From Vulcanimicrobiota bacterium (GTDB lineage: Bacteria; Vulcanimicrobiota; Xenobia; Xenobiales; JADMJV01): a stretch of DNA of 64,000 nucleotides. The stretch covers positions 512,001-576,000 of the forward strand of contig JBFWNU010000005.1 in assembly GCA_050250895.1 (NCBI GenBank). Reading direction: 5' to 3'. Position numbers and translations under genes: made by a program. How positions within the stretch are numbered: position 1 is the stretch's first letter; every line of letters begins with the position of its first letter. Of the stretch, positions 7,928-18,161 are shown piece by piece. The notes beneath the pieces were generated by a model, which worked only from the letters and a program-made list of their open reading frames with translations, ran no database searches and had not been told where the DNA came from.

Positions 7928-10900
7928 ATGGCTTGGGCACGAAACTTGCGGCCGCGAGAGGAGTTGTCTGTGAGTTTTACCCAGGTGCGAACGGGCTTTG
8001 CCGTGGCCCCGATTTTGGAGGAAACGGCCCATCGATATGGATTCTTCGGGGGATGGACCAGTGGAGGGCACTACCGCATCTCCCAGGACGGTTTGGCCGG
8101 GCTGGTTCTTTTCGGTCAGTCTCTGTCCTTCAAGCATTTTACCCAACGGTTCAGTCTGGCCAGCGAGCGCGATGGGGAACTCGAGTTCCCTTCGATGGTG
8201 GCCAGTTTCGACTCTTGGTGCCAGTGGCGCGACGAGTTTCGCGAGTTCTTCCAGATCCTGGCCGAAGAGAATCCCACCCGGTTGGGGCGCGACGCTCTCT
8301 ATCGCTGGGCTCGTCCGCGGACGGTCGACGCCCCCTTTTCCGAGGCCCTTGACCTGTCTCGGAGGTTCCTCGAGCGGACTTATCAAGACGATTTCATCGT
8401 GCGCGAGAAGAAGGAGATGGTGGTCGACTACCGCTCCTGCCAGGGCAACTATCTGGTCTCGGTCGACCGCGACGAGTACGGACCGCTGTGCGCGCTGCTC
8501 GATTGCTCTTCGCAAATCGCCTCGCATATCGCGGGTTTTAACGGATTCATTCTTCAAGGGGTGTTGGCTCACGTGCAGAGCTTCACCAACCCCGATTACC
8601 GCAAACGGCCGGTTCCGGTAGCGCGCTCGTTCAAGAACCTGCTGCGACGGTGGGCTCCCGACGGATTGACCCATATCTGCTTTTGTAACTCGGGCACCGA
8701 AAGCTGGGAGAAGGCCGTTTTGCTGGCGCAACACAAATTCCCCGACAAAGGCCCCAGGGTCGTCTGCTTCGAGGGCAGTTTCCACGGCCGCACGTTGCTG
8801 GCGCTCTTCTCCTCCTGGAATCCCTCCAAGCGGATCCCCTTCCAGCTCGAGGGCTTCGAGACTCCCTTTGTACCCTTCCCCGAAGACAAGGAGCCTCATC
8901 TCGACCGACCCGCCCCCGAAGGTTGGGCCGAGGCCTGGCACGGCGCCGCCGCCGAAGAGTGGCAGCCACCCGTCTACGACGACGAGTTGTTGGCCCGCGA
9001 AGTAGCCAGCCTGGTGGCCGTACGCGACCTGATCAAGACCGGTGACGCCTGCGCGGTCTCGGTAGAGCCGCTGCAGTGCGAAGGCGGAGACCGCTTTGCC
9101 ACCAAGCGATTCTTCCAGGCTCTGCGCCTGCTCACCGAGGCTTTCGGGGTCGGCCTGATCTTTGACGAGGTGCAGACCGGCTTCGGACTGGGCGGCACCC
9201 CGCTCTGGTCCGACATGTTCGAACTTCCCTCGCCCCCGGACTTTATCAATCTGGCCAAGAAGTGCCAGGTTGGCTGCGTGCTCTCGAGCATTCCCGACCC
9301 CGAGCCGACGGCGGCCCATGCCGCCTCGATGGCCCGAGGCTACTACAACGCCCTGGCGGTGGACCCGCCCGAACTCGAAAAGCTTGGCAAGGTGGTGGCC
9401 CAACAGCTTTGCAAGCTGACCGGCGACTACGAGATGGTCACCGCTCCCCGAGGGCGCGCCCTTTGCTTTGCCTTTGACCTGCCTGACGCGGACACGGCCA
9501 ATGCCTTTGTCAATCAGCGCTTCCACCGCGGCCACATGGTCTACATCGCGGGCGAGCGAACGATCCGATTTCGTTTGCAGCTGGCTACCCGACCGAAGGA
9601 CGTCGAGATCGCCTTCTCGGTCATTCGCGAGACCCTCGATTGGATCAAGACCCATGGGACCGAGGCCACCGCTCACGGCGATTACGCCTGGCAAGAACCG
9701 GTCCCGACCAGCCTCAAGCTGCCGGAAGGTCCCGACGATCTCGAGGGAGCCGACTGGGCCGGCATCCTGCGCCATTACGGCCAGCTCGACGGGGTGCAGC
9801 AGAAGGCCTTCGACCACGAGATCGGACCCCACGACCCGGTGGGCTGGTTCGGCACCGCCAACAAAGAAGGACGCATCACCTGGCTGACCTTCCTGCGCTA
9901 TCTGGCCGCGAAGCACGCTCCTGTGCTGGTGGGGCTCACGCCCGAAATGTGGGAGGAGTATCGCGAGCAGATCATGGAACTCGAGCACAGTATCTATGAG
10001 CCCGCCCGACAGGATTCCGAGGAGTTCTTGCGCGGCATTGTCGAGGCCGACCGCCAGCTCTGTTATCTGGCGCTCTCGCCGGAGGGTGAGGTGGCCGGCT
10101 ACTCGTTTTCGGCTCCCATCAAGAACTTCTCGCAGGTGCGGGGACCCCACGAGGATCCCGAGATGGGGCGGGGGACCACCCTCTATTCGGCCGATATCGG
10201 AGTCCACCGCGACTTTCGCGGGATGGGTCTTGGTCTGCGGCTCAAGCGCCGCCAGGTCCGAGAGGCGCGCGAGCAGGGCTTCTCGTTTATCCGCAGCCGG
10301 AACCGTCTCGACTCGACGGCCGCCATGATGCTGATCAATCAGGCCTTCGGCAGCCGTGAGCTGCGTCGCTATGAAAAGGACTACGGAGCCGATCAGGCCA
10401 CGTCGCTCTACTGGTCGCTGCCGCTGTCGATGGAGTATCACCCCACCATCGACTGGAGTGGCGGCGTGGAGGAGCCCGCCGGCGGCTTGCTCGACCCGGC
10501 CGCCTGGCAGGACTGGGATCTGGCCGCGGTCAACAAGAATTCGCTTTGCAACTGGTGGACCCCGAACATGGTCCGCCACATCGAGTGGCTGCGCGAGGTC
10601 AGCCCGCTGCCCCATCTCTATCTGGCCAGTGGCCGCGACGAAGCGGCCGACAAAGCGGTCAAGTGTCTGATTTACGCCCGCAAAGGGGCCAATCGCTGCA
10701 TCAGCTTCACGGGGGCCTATTGGGGGCACACCACCGCGACCGCTCGCAGTCTCTCGGACAGCCGCTATCTCGGCTATTTCCCCTGGGACCACATCGAGTA
10801 TCCGACCTGTCCCGACGATCCTTTCCTGGCTCCTGAGGGCGCCCTCAACGATGAGGAAGAGCGTCGTTTGCACCAGGTGGCCGAGCGACTCGAGAAGCCC

Positions 10901-11452
10901 GAAGAGGTGCTCGGAGTCTTCATCGAGCCCCTGCAAGAGCGCACCGGCGAGCGGGTTAGCGTGCGGTTCTTGCGGGCTCTTCGCAAGCTCTGCGATGAGC
11001 GCGACGTGCCGCTGGTGTTCAACGAGTCGGGCAGCTGGCTCTATCGCGGGTCGTCTGAGCTGTTCTTCTGCCAGGCAGCCGGGGTGATTCCCGATGCCCT
11101 GGTGTTTTTCGCCGGCGGCCAGGTGGGCCACGTGCTGGTCAATAAGAAATACTTCCTCGAGAAGCCGCTGATGCTGATCTCGACCTGGGACGGCGACGAG
11201 CTCTCGTGCTTGCGCCTGCGCGAGCAGGTGCGAATGGTGCAGGCCAGCCTCGACGAGGACTTTCTAGCCCACATCGACCGCCGGCTGGCCGAATACGGAC
11301 CCATCTACCGAGGCAGTGGCTATCTGCTTTTGCCTGACGCGCCCAGGTTGTCGATTGCCCACACCCTCGACATGGAGGACTATCTCATGATGCCCCCCCT
11401 CAACCGGTTGCGAGAGGGTTTTTCACAGCTCGAGGAGGAGTTGGAGCTATGA
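7928..11452 (+). CDS. Multidomain enzyme: class-III PLP aminotransferase (lysine-6/GABA-T subfamily) + GNAT acyltransferase + degenerate second class-III domain
   Basis: NSGTESWEKA, FHGRT, EPLQCEGGD, FDEVQTG, LAKKCQVG; GNAT motif A VHRDFRGMGLG; second domain EPLQERTG, FNESGS, FAGGQVG, ISTWDGD. Confidence 0.85.
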   Translation: MAWARNLRPREELSVSFTQVRTGFAVAPILEETAHRYGFFGGWTSGGHYRISQDGLAGLVLFGQSLSFKHFTQRFSLASERDGELEFPSMVASFDSWCQWRDEFREFFQILAEENPTRLGRDALYRWARPRTVDAPFSEALDLSRRFLERTYQDDFIVREKKEMVVDYRSCQGNYLVSVDRDEYGPLCALLDCSSQIASHIAGFNGFILQGVLAHVQSFTNPDYRKRPVPVARSFKNLLRRWAPDGLTHICFCNSGTESWEKAVLLAQHKFPDKGPRVVCFEGSFHGRTLLALFSSWNPSKRIPFQLEGFETPFVPFPEDKEPHLDRPAPEGWAEAWHGAAAEEWQPPVYDDELLAREVASLVAVRDLIKTGDACAVSVEPLQCEGGDRFATKRFFQALRLLTEAFGVGLIFDEVQTGFGLGGTPLWSDMFELPSPPDFINLAKKCQVGCVLSSIPDPEPTAAHAASMARGYYNALAVDPPELEKLGKVVAQQLCKLTGDYEMVTAPRGRALCFAFDLPDADTANAFVNQRFHRGHMVYIAGERTIRFRLQLATRPKDVEIAFSVIRETLDWIKTHGTEATAHGDYAWQEPVPTSLKLPEGPDDLEGADWAGILRHYGQLDGVQQKAFDHEIGPHDPVGWFGTANKEGRITWLTFLRYLAAKHAPVLVGLTPEMWEEYREQIMELEHSIYEPARQDSEEFLRGIVEADRQLCYLALSPEGEVAGYSFSAPIKNFSQVRGPHEDPEMGRGTTLYSADIGVHRDFRGMGLGLRLKRRQVREAREQGFSFIRSRNRLDSTAAMMLINQAFGSRELRRYEKDYGADQATSLYWSLPLSMEYHPTIDWSGGVEEPAGGLLDPAAWQDWDLAAVNKNSLCNWWTPNMVRHIEWLREVSPLPHLYLASGRDEAADKAVKCLIYARKGANRCISFTGAYWGHTTATARSLSDSRYLGYFPWDHIEYPTCPDDPFLAPEGALNDEEERRLHQVAERLEKPEEVLGVFIEPLQERTGERVSVRFLRALRKLCDERDVPLVFNESGSWLYRGSSELFFCQAAGVIPDALVFFAGGQVGHVLVNKKYFLEKPLMLISTWDGDELSCLRLREQVRMVQASLDEDFLAHIDRRLAEYGPIYRGSGYLLLPDAPRLSIAHTLDMEDYLMMPPLNRLREGFSQLEEELEL

Positions 11453-12927
11453 ACTATCGCGGACACTTTATCAACGGCGCCTGGAAGATCGTCCCGGGCA
11501 ACGCCTATGCCTCGGTCAATCCGACCACCGGAGCGCGCGTGCTCGAGGTGAGCTATGGCGACGGCAGCGAGGTAGCGGAGGCTGTCGAGGCTGCTCACCA
11601 GGCCTTTCTCGAGTGGCGTATGCTCGACAAGTCGGAGCGGGCCGCCTATCTCGAGCGCTTCGCCGACGCTCTCAAAGACCGCAGCGAGCCGCTGGCCCAG
11701 GCCATTACCGCCGAGATGGGCAAGACCATTCTCGAGGCCCGGGCCGAAGCCGCCGCCTGTGTGGCCAAGATCAGCATCACCCTGAGCGAGGGTCAGGCCT
11801 TAGTCGACCGCTTCGACCCTGAGGGCCTCGATGGCAGCTGCCATTTCATGCCGTTCGGGGTGATGGCGGTCATCGGTCCCTACAACTTTCCGGCTCACCT
11901 GGCTAACGGCCACATCATTCCGGCTCTGATGACCGGCAACACGGTGGTCTTCAAGCCCAGCAGCGTGACCCCGCTGGTGGGTCAGGTCTATGCCGAGGCC
12001 GCCGAAGCGGCCGGCTTCCCGCCCGGGGTCTTCAACCTGCTGCATATTCGCCGGGCCGTGGGCGATAAGCTGTTGACCCATCCGCTGGTGCGCGGAGTGC
12101 TGTTCACCGGCTCCTACGACGTGGGTCTGCACATCAAGCGGGTCACCCTGGAAGACCCCTGGAAGATTCTGGCTCTCGAGATGGGCGGTAAGAACTGTTC
12201 TATCGTGTGTGAGGATGCCCACCTCGAGCAGGCCCTGACCGAACTGGTCACAGGCGCCTATCTCACCACCGGGCAGCGTTGTACCGGCACGGCTCGGGTC
12301 ATCGTGCACAAGAGCCTGGTCTCGAAGCTGGAAGAGGGTCTGGCCCGGGCGGCTGGCCAGCTCAAAAGCGGCGACCCTCTGGACGCCGAAACCTTCATGG
12401 GACCGCTGGCCTCGGCCTCGGCCCTGCAGGGCTTCATGGCCTCGCAGGAGATGGCCAACAACGACCCGACCCTGGCTACTCTGGTGGCGGCCGAGAACCC
12501 GGCCCATTGCCTCACCAGCGCGGCCCTGCATCGGGTCGAACGCTATCGCCCTGACCATCCGTATCTGCGCGAAGAGGTCTTTGGTCCGGCCCTGACCATC
12601 GAGGCGGTGGCCGACACCGACGAGGCCATCGCCCGGGCGCTGGATACCGACTATGGCCTGTCGTTCTCGATCTTCACCCGCGAGCGCTCGACCTACGAAA
12701 AGGCCCTGCGCTCGGTGCCCTGCGGTATCGTCAACTGGAATCGCGCCACCAACGGGGCCAGCGGACGCCTGCCGTTCGGCGGGCTGGGCAAGTCGGGCAA
12801 CCACCGTCCGGCCGCCCTGTGGGCGCCCTACTACTGCACCTATCCCGTGGCCGAGCTGCGCAAGCCCTACGGCCAGGTCGACGAGAACCCGTGTCCCGGG
12901 TTTCCCAAGGAGGTCCTCCACCGATGA
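11449..12927 (+). CDS. Aldehyde dehydrogenase, AstD (succinylglutamate-semialdehyde dehydrogenase)-like
   Basis: GPYNFPAHLANGHIIPAL, LEMGGKN, GQRCT, EEVFGP, PFGGLGKSGNHRP..YYCTYPVA; ATGA overlap. Confidence 0.85.
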   Translation: MNYRGHFINGAWKIVPGNAYASVNPTTGARVLEVSYGDGSEVAEAVEAAHQAFLEWRMLDKSERAAYLERFADALKDRSEPLAQAITAEMGKTILEARAEAAACVAKISITLSEGQALVDRFDPEGLDGSCHFMPFGVMAVIGPYNFPAHLANGHIIPALMTGNTVVFKPSSVTPLVGQVYAEAAEAAGFPPGVFNLLHIRRAVGDKLLTHPLVRGVLFTGSYDVGLHIKRVTLEDPWKILALEMGGKNCSIVCEDAHLEQALTELVTGAYLTTGQRCTGTARVIVHKSLVSKLEEGLARAAGQLKSGDPLDAETFMGPLASASALQGFMASQEMANNDPTLATLVAAENPAHCLTSAALHRVERYRPDHPYLREEVFGPALTIEAVADTDEAIARALDTDYGLSFSIFTRERSTYEKALRSVPCGIVNWNRATNGASGRLPFGGLGKSGNHRPAALWAPYYCTYPVAELRKPYGQVDENPCPGFPKEVLHR

Positions 12928-14314
12928 GTAAGATTTTCGCCAGCGTCCAAGAGGCAACCCATGACGTCAAGGATGGCTCGGTCATCATGTTCGGAGGCTT
13001 TGGCCTGTGTGGCATTCCCGAGAATCAGATCGACGAACTCTACCGTCGCGAGGTCAAAGGCCTCACCATCATCAGCAACAACTGCGGCAACCAGGGTCGG
13101 GGATTGGCCATCCTGTTGAAGCGCCACCAGATCGCCAAAGCGATCTGCAGCTATGTGGGTGGCAACCCCGACCTCGAGAAGCAGATCCTGGCCAAGGAGA
13201 TCGAGATCGAACTGAACCCTCAGGGTACCCTGGTGGAGCGCATGCGCGCCGCCGGGTCGGGGCTGCCAGCCTTTTTCACTCCCACCGGGGTGGGCACCAA
13301 AGTGGCCGAAGGCAAGCAGGTGCAGCGCTTTGGCGACCGAGACTACATTCTCGAGACCGCCCTGCCCGCCGACTTCGCCATGATTCGCGCCTGGAAGGCC
13401 GATAGCGAAGGCAACCTGGTCTTTCGCGAGTCGGCGCGCAACTTCAGCCCGCTGATGGCCATGGCCGCCCGCACTACCATCGTCGAGGCCGAGCACCTCG
13501 TCGAGGCCGGCGAACTGGGAGCCGACGAGATTCATTGCCCGGGCATCTTCGTGCAGCGGGTGTTCCAGGGCACCAACTACAAGAACCACATCGAGAAGAA
13601 GATGCTGGCCGGAGCCTCGTCTGACGACGGGGGAGAAGAGTCGGGAGTGGGTCTGACCCGGCGCCAGATCGCCTGGCGGGCCGCCCAGGAACTCGAGGCT
13701 GGAGCTTACGTCAACCTGGGGATCGGCGTGCCCACCCTGGTGGCCGACTATCTCGACGACAGCAAGAACATTCGCCTTCACTCCGAGAACGGCGTGCTCG
13801 GGGTCGGCCCTTATCCCACCGAAGAGCAGGTCAACTACTATCTCATTAACGCTGGCAAGGAGACCATCACCTTGCGTCCCGGCGGGTCGGTCTTCGACTC
13901 GTCGATGTCGTTTGCCATGATCCGGGGTGGTCATGTCGACTGGGCCATCCTGGGAGCGCTCGAGGTGTCGGCCAAAGGCGATCTGGCTAACTGGATGATT
14001 CCCGGCAAGAAGGTCAACGGCATGGGGGGCGCCATGGATCTGGCTGCCGGCGCGCGCAAGGTGATGGTCTTGACCACTCACAACGCCAAGAATGGCGACC
14101 CCAAGATCGTGGCCGAATGCAAGTTGCCCCTGACAGCCGCCGGAGTGGTCAACATGATCGTCACCGACCTGGCCGTGCTCGATGTCACCCCGGACGGCCT
14201 GGTCCTGCGAGAACTGGCCGAGGGAGTGACCGTCGACGACTTTCTGGCGCGCACCGGGGCGCCGGTGCTGGTGCCCGACAACGTGCCCCGGATCGCTACG
14301 CCCGAGGTGGTGGC

Positions 14315-14318
<4 letters not shown>
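12924..14318 (+). CDS. 3-oxoacid CoA-transferase, fused alpha+beta subunits (SCOT-type)
   Basis: GGFGLCGIPEN, PQGTLVER, NLGIGVP, SENG, GMGGAMDL motifs; ATGA overlap. Confidence 0.9.
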
Positions 14319-15369
<1,051 letters not shown>

Positions 15370-15373
<4 letters not shown>

Positions 15374-16614
15374 AGTCGCCCTTCTTCTACACCTGGAGTG
15401 CCCAGTCGAAGGTCGAGCCCCTCGAGATTCTCTCGGGCCAGGGAGCCCACTTCGTCACCCCCGAGGGCTCCTGGCTCGACCTGGGGAGCCTGATCTATCA
15501 GGCCAACCTGGGCCATGGTCACCCGCGCATGCTCGCGGCCATCAAGCGCCAGGTCGACGAGCTGTGTCTGACTCTGCCCAACGCTGTCTATCCGGCCAAA
15601 CGAGAACTGGCCGAGCGTCTGCTCGAGCTGGCTCCTCCGGGCTTTGACCGAGTCTTCTTCACCCTGGGCGGAGCCGAGGCCAACGAGAACGCCATCAAGA
15701 TGGCCCGGGCCGTGACCGGTCGCCACAAGACGATCTCGCGCTATCGCTCCTATCACGGCGCCACCATGGGAGCCCTGTCGCTGTCGGGTGACTATCGCCG
15801 CCCGCCTTTCGAGCCGGCCATGACCGGGGCCGTCCATTGCCTCGACTGCTACTGCGACCGCTGCCCCTTCGGCCAGACCTATCCGCGGTGTAAGCTCGAG
15901 TGCGCCCAACACATCGGCCAGGTGCTCGAACTCGATGGCCCGGGGACCTTTGCGGCCGTCTTTCTCGAGCCGATCCCCGGGGCTAACGGCGTGCTGGTGC
16001 CTCCGCCCGGATACTGGTCGTCAATTCGCGAGGCTTGCACCGCCCACGGCACCCTGCTGGTGGCCGACGAAGTGCTCACCGGCTTTGGCCGCACCGGCCG
16101 CTGGTTCGGCATCGAGCATGAGGGAGTCATTCCCGACATGATTACCTGCGCCAAGGGTCTCACCGGCGGCTACGCCACCCTGGGCGCCGTGCTGGTCCAC
16201 GAGCGGGTCAGCCGGCATTTCGATGATCAGCCTCTGTTGGCCGGCCTGACCGGCTACTCTCACCCGCTCGCCTGTGCGGCCGCCCTCGAGGCCCTGCATA
16301 TCTATCACGACGAAGGCCTGATCGTGCGGGCCGCCGCCCTGGAAGAGCCGCTGCTGGCTCGCCTGGAGGAACTTCGCTCTCGCCATGCTCGCCTGCGCTT
16401 CGTGCGCGGCCGCGGTTTACTGGCGGCGCTCGAGTTCGAAGCTGATGCGGCCTATATGGAAGAGGTCCGCAGACGCCTGCTGGCCCGCCGGATCTACGTC
16501 CATGTGAAGGTGGCCACCCAGATGCTCGTGATCTCTCCGCCCCTGTGCATCGAGAAGAACGACCTGCTCGCCGGCCTCGAAGTGATCGACCAGGTGCTGA
16601 GCGAACTGAGCTAG
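15370..16614 (+). CDS. Class-III omega-amino-acid aminotransferase
   Basis: NLGHGHP, GGAEANENA, SYHGAT, ADEVLTGFGRTG, AKGLTGGY; TTGA overlap. Confidence 0.9.
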
Positions 16615-16647
16615 GTATTTTTCAGGGCCGTCTGGGACAATCCGAGC

Positions 16648-17655
16648 ATGAGGATCCAGGCTGCATCACTGTATCGCGGTCCCGCCGACGGGCTGTCCCA
16701 ACCCGACCTGGCGGCCCAGCGTTGGCTCAAGCCAGCGGCCAGGGTGCTCCACGGCGTGATGGTCCGCCAACAAGTGAGCGGCCTCGACCACCTGCCCGAA
16801 GACGGCGCCCAACTGTTTTGCCCTACCCACCAGAGCGGCATCGATGCCGGTCTGATCATGGGCTTGAGCAATCGCGACATGCGCTTCATGGCCGCCCGCG
16901 AGCAGTTCAACGGCATGCAGGGACCGATCCTCACCAAGATGGGCGCTTTTCCCGTCGACCGGGCTCACCCCGGTCGCACCACCCTCAAGCATAGCGTGGA
17001 TGTGCTCAAAGACGGCAAAGCCCTGGTCATCTTTCCCGAGGGCGGCATTCCCAGCAATGGCGGCGACGGAAAGATCGGAGAGTTCAAGGAAGGCCCGGGC
17101 TGGATCGCCGTCCATGCCGGAGCCGAGTCGGTGGTGCCGATTACGATGCACGTCGGGGCTAACCAGGAGAGTCGCCCTCTGGCTCATCTGACCGGGGTGG
17201 CCGGTGCGGCCGGCCTGGTCGCCCTGGGATTGTGCGGCGCGGCCGGCGGCACGGCCGCCCAGGTCGCCACCGGCGTCATCGGCGGCGCACTGATCGGCGC
17301 TTTCACCGGCAGCCGCTTTGCCAAGCCCGACCCCAAGACCGCCTGGAACCCCTACCCGGGCTTCCAGCAGCGCACCCTCAACGGCCTCAAAGGTGCGGCG
17401 GCCGGGGCTGCTGCCGGAGCCGTCGCGGCCCTCATTCCCGGCGGGGCGGCCGTGGCCGCGGTGGGAGGCGGCCTGTCGAGTTACGGCCTGGCGCGCGACT
17501 TCATCGAACGTCCGGTGGCTAAAATCGAGATCGGTCAACCGCTCAAAGTGAGCGACTACGTGGCCAGCCACGGTAAGAAAGAGGCCGGCAACGCCCTGAT
17601 GGCCGACCTGCACACCCAGATGGCCGCCACCAAGGCCCGCCTCGTCACCCAGTGA
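16648..17655 (+). CDS. PlsC-family lysophospholipid acyltransferase with glycine-zipper insertion
   Basis: HQSGID (HX4D), GAFPVDR, IFPEGG; Gly/Ala-rich hydrophobic insert before IEIGQPL. Confidence 0.8.
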   Translation: MRIQAASLYRGPADGLSQPDLAAQRWLKPAARVLHGVMVRQQVSGLDHLPEDGAQLFCPTHQSGIDAGLIMGLSNRDMRFMAAREQFNGMQGPILTKMGAFPVDRAHPGRTTLKHSVDVLKDGKALVIFPEGGIPSNGGDGKIGEFKEGPGWIAVHAGAESVVPITMHVGANQESRPLAHLTGVAGAAGLVALGLCGAAGGTAAQVATGVIGGALIGAFTGSRFAKPDPKTAWNPYPGFQQRTLNGLKGAAAGAAAGAVAALIPGGAAVAAVGGGLSSYGLARDFIERPVAKIEIGQPLKVSDYVASHGKKEAGNALMADLHTQMAATKARLVTQ

Positions 17656-18104
17656 CCCTGGTTCGCATCCCCAATCATTACCTATTGTTGGTCGTGCTCG
17701 ACCGACGTTCACCAGCCAACGACGCCAATCTTTACCAGCAGGCCGCGCCTCGGGGCCATCGTGGCCTGCTCGACTTCTTTCGTGGCTACGTCGAGGCGGG
17801 CCAACTCCAGTTGCTCGAGTTTCTCTGGGACGGGGTCTATCGCGTCGCGGCCCACCAGCAAGACCCGCCCGACGAACTTGAGCACCAGGGTTGGCTGGAA
17901 TGCCCTTCTGGCGAGTTGCTGATTGGCGATATCTCCTCGCTGGGCCAGGGCCTGACTCGGCTGGTAACGGTAGAGCCTGGTTGCTATCGGACCGGCTGGC
18001 TGGAGGATTGGGCAGAGCTTGAAAAACATTTCTGGCTGGATTCACCAGCCAGTTACCCGGCGGCCGATGGGCCTGATGTCACCGTCTGTTTGAGCCCGCG
18101 TTGA
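17652..18104 (+). CDS. Hypothetical protein
   Basis: 150-aa ORF, GTGA overlap with the upstream stop. Confidence 0.55.
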   Translation: MTLVRIPNHYLLLVVLDRRSPANDANLYQQAAPRGHRGLLDFFRGYVEAGQLQLLEFLWDGVYRVAAHQQDPPDELEHQGWLECPSGELLIGDISSLGQGLTRLVTVEPGCYRTGWLEDWAELEKHFWLDSPASYPAADGPDVTVCLSPR

Positions 18105-18161
18105 TCGACCCCGCCAGCCCCGCGGGAGGGACGAGCCCAGGGCTGAAGGAAAAGGGGGCCC

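Noticed and set aside
7643-11131. 1162-aa minus-strand ORF and other long antisense ORFs (e.g. 1634-2821, 11800-12957, 23564-24673, 32782-34068)
   Set aside because: Shadow frames of well-supported plus-strand genes in high-GC DNA; no recognisable motifs
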